Below are positions 34,256 through 38,985 of a stretch of DNA of 38,985 nt, one piece after another. The notes below the pieces were generated by a model. That model made no database searches. It saw nothing but the letters and a program-made list of their open reading frames with translations, and was not told where the DNA came from. Made by a program: the position numbers and the translations under genes. Position 1 is the first letter of the stretch. Each line of letters begins with the position of its first letter. Origin of the DNA: a virus; IMG/VR virus record IMGVR_UViG_3300014202_001569, positions 90,218 to 129,202 of that record, one strand, 5' to 3'.

Positions 34256-34410
34256 TAGCTAAGGAGGGACTTGAACCCACACGTTCATTTAAGAACAGGT
34301 TTCGCGTATGCCATTTCGCCACCTACCCATATAGTGGGCAGGGTGGGACTTGAACCCACACGCTCTTGTTCAGAGAGCAAACCCCGCGTATACCATTTCG
34401 CCACTTAGCT
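34256..34410 (-). ncRNA. twin (back-to-back) tRNA-Leu-like RNA lacking anticodons
   Basis: Two units, each with D arm, variable arm and T arm; cross-complementary acceptor strands; GGGTTT/AAACCT helix between units. Confidence 0.8.
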
Positions 34411-34437
34411 AAAAATTGGGAGCGGGCCACTCCCTAA
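34411..34437 (-). terminator. hairpin plus T-tract directly upstream of the twin tRNA
   Basis: GGGAG-TGGCCCG-CTCCC followed by AATTTTT, after the stop of 34442..34762. Confidence 0.45.
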
Positions 34438-34441
34438 GTAT

Positions 34442-34762
34442 TTACACGACCTTGACTTCCTTCGTCTCAAAGTAAGTCTCGCACCGCTTCACGAATGCCT
34501 TAACCTGTTCCTTGATGGACGGTGGCACCGTGGACTTCTTTGACTTCTTATTCTCAAGCCGATCATTGATACGGCCCTCGGCAATCTCCAGACCCCGCGT
34601 GCGGTTAAACTTATCAGGAGTCTTGCCAGTCAGCTTGCACTTACTCCAGCCGACCAACACCTTCTTTTCCTTGCCCTTCTTCACCCGCTTAGCGAGCAAC
34701 ACGCCCGCCTTGAGCCGCTGGCCCTTGCGCTTCTTACGGACATACTCCATCAACTGCTTCAT
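34442..34762 (-). CDS. basic phage protein (G-x-S-x-C...D-x-F...G-x-x-IA-x-x-R motif)
   Basis: VLVGWSKCKL...DKFNRTRGLEIAEGR; AGGAGG RBS. Confidence 0.6.
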   Translation of the reverse strand: MKQLMEYVRKKRKGQRLKAGVLLAKRVKKGKEKKVLVGWSKCKLTGKTPDKFNRTRGLEIAEGRINDRLENKKSKKSTVPPSIKEQVKAFVKRCETYFETKEVKVV

Positions 34763-34784
34763 AAAGCCTCCTAATAGTTAAAAG

Positions 34785-35660
34785 TTAAACAGATTGCTTT
34801 TCCTTGGCACGCTTCTCAGCCGCTTCCTTGGCACGTTCAATAACTGGACCTTTACCTTCCATCCACTGTTCCAATTCCTCGACCGTATACCAGCCGTAAT
34901 AATTCTTTTTTTGTTCCCTCGGATTCAACCAGTAATGTACTGGATGCGCACTCTTGCTTTTATCTTGCAGCCAAGCTGGACTCAGAGCATAATAGCCGCA
35001 TGGCATATCCCACGCCGCGCGGAAATCACCCTTATGCTTTTCATTATATGCGTCATTAAGGGCATCAATCTTAGCTTTGATGCCAGTATTGTCCGATGCC
35101 ACCTTTAACTTAGCACTATCAACGTGCGCTTCGTGCATTTGATCCTTCAAACGCTGGGGAATAGCACTGATAATGCCGATCACTAACCCAGCATTCTGAA
35201 AGACGTGGCCACCGCCCAACCAAACAGCCGCATCTTTGTCCTGAATAGCCTTGTAAATACGCTTGAGCCGCTTGATATTGACTGGCTTCTTAACCCGAAT
35301 GCCGAAACTGCCACCATCCCACGCCGTAGCAAGCTCAGCATCCCCATACATGGAGAGTTCACCACTGCTAATCTTGTCCAGCTTCTGACCAGCAAGATAC
35401 TTCATATCGCACTGATATTTGAGGCAAATCAGCGCCGCATTGTTCTTGTTCTCTTCAATAATGACGATTTGATCCATATTGGGGTTGTTGACACGATAGC
35501 GGTCAATGCCCAGCACCTTTTCGTCATTTTCTACGCCAAGCGTGCGATAAAGGTCTTTAATACCCCATTCATGCTCGGCAGTAAAGTCTGCGCCAAGGTT
35601 AATGGCAATCATCTGTTTGTTGTCGTCTTCCATCCAAGCACTATCATGCCCACGTCGCAT
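34785..35660 (-). CDS. hypothetical phage protein (291 aa)
   Basis: AGGAGG RBS after motif copy 17. Confidence 0.7.
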   Translation of the reverse strand: MRRGHDSAWMEDDNKQMIAINLGADFTAEHEWGIKDLYRTLGVENDEKVLGIDRYRVNNPNMDQIVIIEENKNNAALICLKYQCDMKYLAGQKLDKISSGELSMYGDAELATAWDGGSFGIRVKKPVNIKRLKRIYKAIQDKDAAVWLGGGHVFQNAGLVIGIISAIPQRLKDQMHEAHVDSAKLKVASDNTGIKAKIDALNDAYNEKHKGDFRAAWDMPCGYYALSPAWLQDKSKSAHPVHYWLNPREQKKNYYGWYTVEELEQWMEGKGPVIERAKEAAEKRAKEKQSV

Positions 35661-35683
35661 ATTTTTAGTCCTCCTACAACAAT

Positions 35684-35699
35684 TGGTACAATTGCAATT
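35684..35699 (-). repeat. 16-bp junction motif, copy 17
   Basis: Exact copy, 8 nt after the TAA at 35708. Confidence 0.95.
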
Positions 35700-35707
35700 G
35701 TCTATTC

Positions 35708-36031
35708 TTAGCCAAACTTAATAGGCATTCCAAGTGTTTTTTGTATATTGTCAAGCATAACCTGCCCAATCGGGTCTTCGGAGAAAGATCGCTCCAAGCC
35801 ATTAGCTTGCAGTGTATCATTCCAGGGCTTGAAGAATAATCCATGAACAGCCGCTTCCGCCCAAACAGGATACCGACCATTAAGCAAATCTTCAATAGTC
35901 AATTTCATTTCAATCAACCATTGGTTTTGCCCTGGCGTCAGCAATGAAACCTTAATCAGCGCAACCTGTTGTGGTTCCTCACCTAGCCCAAGCTGAACAT
36001 CTTTCCAGCAAGCGATATAGCTATGATTCAT
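35708..36031 (-). CDS. hypothetical phage protein
   Basis: Packed array. Confidence 0.55.
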   Translation of the reverse strand: MNHSYIACWKDVQLGLGEEPQQVALIKVSLLTPGQNQWLIEMKLTIEDLLNGRYPVWAEAAVHGLFFKPWNDTLQANGLERSFSEDPIGQVMLDNIQKTLGMPIKFG

Positions 36032-36032
36032 C

Positions 36033-36692
36033 CTACAGCCCCGCCAAAGTGACTTTATCCGCAGGCTTAAACTTGATTTTGTCGATTTCTGACAACTTAT
36101 TCAAGATTTCAAGAACAGCTTTATGGGAGCCGTGAATACCCTGTTGCCCACCATTAGCCGTTATCTGGCTCTTTTCATCGGTGAAGATCATGGTAATATC
36201 GGTATTGTCACGCTCCGCAGTAATAAGGACGCGGCCCGCACAACCCCACATCATTACCTTAATCTTACCGACTTTGGCTTCGTGACCCCGCAAATTGGTA
36301 TCATTCCAATACTTCTTCAAGTATGGGAGCCAATGTTTGTTCTCAAAATCACGAATGGCATCTTGAATCTTATTGTTGCCAGCCGCAATCTCCATCAAAT
36401 CCTTCTTGTATTTGGTGTAGAAATGCCGACAATCAGCACGCAGACGGTCCATAGAACCGCCCTGAGTATAATGATGGGCCATTGACGCTTCCATCGACAA
36501 ATGACTGGATACATCACCAGTTTTACGATAATGCTGGATTTCATCATCCACTTCGCAATCATCGCATTGAAGATGCTTAATCTTACCGCTATTATCATCT
36601 TCATAGATAATAGTGAAAAGATCACTTGCGTTAATCTTTGCCTTACACTCCCCGCACGTTGCGTCTTTCGGCAACTCAAAAGCCTTACCCAT
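36033..36692 (-). CDS. hypothetical protein with N-terminal CxxC...HxxC zinc finger
   Basis: GGAGG RBS, ATG at 36692; CGEC...HLQC. Confidence 0.6.
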   Translation of the reverse strand: MGKAFELPKDATCGECKAKINASDLFTIIYEDDNSGKIKHLQCDDCEVDDEIQHYRKTGDVSSHLSMEASMAHHYTQGGSMDRLRADCRHFYTKYKKDLMEIAAGNNKIQDAIRDFENKHWLPYLKKYWNDTNLRGHEAKVGKIKVMMWGCAGRVLITAERDNTDITMIFTDEKSQITANGGQQGIHGSHKAVLEILNKLSEIDKIKFKPADKVTLAGL

Positions 36693-36704
36693 ATTACCTC
36701 CATA

Positions 36705-36743
36705 TACCAGTTGAGCGAGCATGATCTGCTCGCTCAACTGGTA
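36705..36743. repeat. perfect 17-bp inverted repeat overlapping motif copy 18
   Basis: TACCAGTTGAGCGAGCA-TGATC-TGCTCGCTCAACTGGTA. Confidence 0.9.
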
Positions 36744-36754
36744 CAATTGCAATT
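36739..36754 (-). repeat. 16-bp junction motif, copy 18
   Basis: Exact copy; supplies the TAA stop of 36753..37217. Confidence 0.95.
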
Positions 36755-37217
36755 ACACTTCGAGGTCTTCGTCGTCCTCTTCTTCATCATCATCGCCAAG
36801 GTCATCGGCTTTTGCTGTAACCTTGAAGTACAGCACGTCATTGTCGGCAAACAACACCTTATGTTCGATGCTGTCTAGCGTGCCGCCGAGACGTTCGGAA
36901 AGATCGTCAACGACCCTTTCCATTGATTCATCGTCCAACTGGCCGATGATTTCACTCATGTCCATTGCAACGATGGCTTCCACCTTGCCGCCTTCCGCCA
37001 ACTCTTCGGAGATTTGGTCTTCGGTTAGCGGAGTCTTCTTGAGCATCAAGGGCTTCAATTCGTCCACGCGAGCGCTGGCACGATTGAGAAGCTGTCGAAC
37101 GTCCTTTGGTTCAACTTCCATGCTCTTAGCCACCGTCTTCATTTGGTCTTCGGTCAGACCAACGGCGTTAATCTCGTCCAGCAGCCGCGCAAACTGGACA
37201 TAATCCACGTCCAACAT
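36753..37217 (-). CDS. hypothetical acidic phage protein
   Basis: AGGAG RBS. Confidence 0.65.
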   Translation of the reverse strand: MLDVDYVQFARLLDEINAVGLTEDQMKTVAKSMEVEPKDVRQLLNRASARVDELKPLMLKKTPLTEDQISEELAEGGKVEAIVAMDMSEIIGQLDDESMERVVDDLSERLGGTLDSIEHKVLFADNDVLYFKVTAKADDLGDDDEEEDDEDLEV

Positions 37218-37226
37218 AGGAAACTC

Positions 37227-37640
37227 CTATTCAGGCCACGTTACAACAGGCTTGACGTTCTTCCATGACCCATCACGGAAAACATAACGCCAACGTTCAG
37301 AGTCTTCACCAGTAAATTCGAGATAGGAACCAGATTCCACATGAGCCGCAACAGCATTGCAGAAACCGTCGAAATCGCCGCGCTTCTCCAACTCGAAACT
37401 GATCTTATCAATCTCCCCATCCGTGCTTGGAGTAAACTTAAAACCCCAAATGTTGCTCGCCAATTCAATTAGCTTGAGCAGTGGCGGGATATGATCGAAG
37501 TATTTGATGTGCTTTTTGGCATCCTTGACCGCTGATTGAAGCCACTTGTTGTCTGTATTGAGCATACCACCCAAACAAGACTCAATCTTGTTCGCTGGAA
37601 TGCGGAATTTTTGACCAGATAAATGAACACAGTAACCCAT
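37227..37640 (-). CDS. hypothetical phage protein
   Basis: AAGGAGG RBS, ATG at 37640; contains VESGSYLEFTGEDSERWRYVF. Confidence 0.65.
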   Translation of the reverse strand: MGYCVHLSGQKFRIPANKIESCLGGMLNTDNKWLQSAVKDAKKHIKYFDHIPPLLKLIELASNIWGFKFTPSTDGEIDKISFELEKRGDFDGFCNAVAAHVESGSYLEFTGEDSERWRYVFRDGSWKNVKPVVTWPE

Positions 37641-37727
37641 GAATGCCTCCTTTTGCCCCACTAACTTACCACGAATCACGCCAATGGAAAACTTGGTACA
37701 AACAAAATTCCGTAAATTGTTTGAGGA

Positions 37728-37794
37728 TAACGAGTTATCTATTATGGTGATTATTACCAAAAACGGAAGTTTGCCCATAAAAGATAACTCGTTA
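37728..37794. repeat. long inverted repeat in a divergent intergenic region
   Basis: TAACGAGTTATCT-A-TTATGG ... CCATAA-A-AGATAACTCGTTA. Confidence 0.75.
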
Positions 37795-37795
37795 C

Positions 37796-37803
37796 CATAA
37801 ATA
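37796..37803 (+). promoter_or_regulatory. T4-type late promoter-like CATAAATA
   Basis: 4 nt before ATG 37808; the same geometry occurs at 26896, 33117, 25541, 10156 and 10140. Confidence 0.55.
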
Positions 37804-37807
37804 CAGT

Positions 37808-38572
37808 ATGGACTTCAAGTATTGGGAAACCTCATATAGTGCTAATCGTGTTTTACGGAATGTTTATCTATTTGAAGCTTCAGGTGCTGCTCAATCAGAT
37901 ACAAAACGATTCTGGCTCTCGCCCAACCCAAGCGAACCGTTCTATTCCTGGCTACAACAGAACCAAGTTGATTTCCAACCAGGAATATTGCCGAGATTCG
38001 TGGACGGTGGAAGCGGGCGAGCATATTTCGTCGGTGACAAAGTAGTAAAATTCACTCGCAATCGTGTTGAAGCAAATGTTGCCAAGGCCGCTATTGGTCA
38101 GGACGCACCCGCAGCAGTTATCAATGTTTGGCGCATCCCTGGCGGCGAACCATTGTGGGCAATCCTCCAGAAGTATGTCAATGTCAATGTTGAGCAAGAA
38201 CTAAAAGATGCTGCCGATATTGCTACCGCATTAATGGATGATTTGAGAGAGAAAAACCCAAACTTCACCCACTTCAACAACAAGCAAAAGCAGTTTTTGG
38301 CAAAACAAGCCTTACAACGATATGGTAAACCTATGACCCTATTACCCTATGTTGTCTCCGCTATGGATGCCATCAACCAGTTGTATTTTAGAACTGGATT
38401 TACCCACGACGATGCTGGACCTACCAATATTGGTAGAGATATGAGTACGGGCAATATAGTCTTCCATGACCTCGGCCCTAACCTTACTAAGAACTTTAAG
38501 CCGCGAGACATGCTGGACAAAATACATCAAAACAGAGCCGCACTTGGCCTACCAGCATTAGCGGAAGTTTAA
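37808..38572 (+). CDS. protein kinase-like (ePK/APH superfamily) protein
   Basis: DGGSGRAY glycine loop, VVKF (beta3 Lys), RVEA (alphaC Glu), HDDAGPTN catalytic loop, FHDLG. Confidence 0.75.
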   Translation: MDFKYWETSYSANRVLRNVYLFEASGAAQSDTKRFWLSPNPSEPFYSWLQQNQVDFQPGILPRFVDGGSGRAYFVGDKVVKFTRNRVEANVAKAAIGQDAPAAVINVWRIPGGEPLWAILQKYVNVNVEQELKDAADIATALMDDLREKNPNFTHFNNKQKQFLAKQALQRYGKPMTLLPYVVSAMDAINQLYFRTGFTHDDAGPTNIGRDMSTGNIVFHDLGPNLTKNFKPRDMLDKIHQNRAALGLPALAEV

Positions 38573-38985
38573 CTAATGTCCCGTCCCGTATGAGGACTGT
38601 ATAGCCATCGCTTTTCTTCGTAATCGAAATTACCTTCATTACGAATCTTCATGACCGTTACATTAGGCGCAATATGCTGGAGAACCTCATCCATATCATC
38701 AAAGAAAACAGAAATCCCTAATCGGTCGATTTCCTTTGACTTTTGTTCAAAAGAATTGACCATAATGATTTCGTTATACTTGATATGGAATTTGGCTAGA
38801 TCATCTTCAATGCTCTCCAAATTATCACGATAGGTGATGATATAGATTTTGCCAGGCCAAGAGCTTGTCAAAATCCTAAAAAACACTGGTGATTCATCAA
38901 TAGTTCCGTCCAAATCAATGCCAATAGATGGCTGCGGGCACTTATGAACGTTCTCCAGAATGCCTAAAACATTAGCCTTTGACAA
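38569..38985 (-). CDS. HAD-superfamily phosphatase/nucleotidase (5' end may lie outside the window)
   Basis: IGIDLDGTI, IITYR, K and FFDD motifs. Confidence 0.8.
   Translation of the reverse strand: MSKANVLGILENVHKCPQPSIGIDLDGTIDESPVFFRILTSSWPGKIYIITYRDNLESIEDDLAKFHIKYNEIIMVNSFEQKSKEIDRLGISVFFDDMDEVLQHIAPNVTVMKIRNEGNFDYEEKRWLYSPHTGRDIS

Noticed and set aside
33966-34322. 118-aa ORF starting inside the tRNA-like RNA
   Set aside because: The first 23 codons are the tRNA body; ATG 34253 is the more plausible start.
34362-34378. tRNA-Phe(GAA) anticodon arm in twin unit A (GCTCT-CTGAACA-AGAGC)
   Set aside because: The hairpin is 7 nt after the D arm and 2 nt before the T arm, which is variable-arm position. 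The unit's own acceptor strands do not pair, and unit B has a 6-nt loop at the same place.
34256-34410. Two independent degenerate tRNA pseudogenes, or a two-piece tmRNA
   Set aside because: Reciprocal acceptor complementarity is not expected from random decay. There is no tag ORF and no alanine G3-U70 acceptor identity, so not tmRNA.
1048-36754. 16-bp motif as a CRISPR repeat array
   Set aside because: Copies are 0.4-5.6 kb apart and separated by whole genes, not 30-40-nt spacers; no cas genes are present.
37693-37701. Partial motif TTGGTACAA (also TGGTACAT at 5873)
   Set aside because: It lacks the palindromic half and is too short to count as a copy.
1-38985. Genome-wide stop-codon reassignment
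   Set aside because: TAA, TGA and TAG all end genes at tight junctions, and long genes are open in code 11. Only one isolated in-frame TGA was seen.

Overview
This window looks like the accessory (early/hypervariable) region of a large tailed phage, probably a T4-like or jumbo myovirus. It holds about 90 short, tightly packed genes, almost all on the minus strand, with no recognisable capsid, terminase or replicative polymerase gene. Recognisable proteins include a uS3-like KH protein, a permuted GHKL ATPase, a 2H phosphoesterase, a Dam-type N6A methylase convergent with an SF2 helicase/methyltransferase pair, a cyclic-phosphate receiver domain, an H1-like basic protein, a DUF6036/AbiEii-like nucleotidyltransferase, DUF4031, a sulfotransferase, a cupin, PcfJ, DUF4313, a kinase-like protein and a HAD phosphatase. 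The most unusual signals are non-coding. (1) A twin tRNA-like gene (34256-34410, minus): two tRNA-Leu-like bodies with swapped acceptor strands, joined back to back by one shared helix in place of both anticodon arms, so it has no anticodon. (2) A tRNA-Lys(CUU)-like gene (33478-33616) with a 66-nt two-hairpin insertion in its D-loop. (3) Eighteen co-oriented copies of a 16-bp site (minus strand AATTSCAATTGTACCA), all at gene junctions; 11 supply the upstream gene's stop codon. (4) A ~145-nt structured, possibly switchable RNA at 2414-2562. (5) Leaderless TAnATA late-promoter genes with T4 internal-protein-like N-termini, including the kinase and the nucleotidyltransferase. All family calls come from motifs read by eye; no database searches were run.
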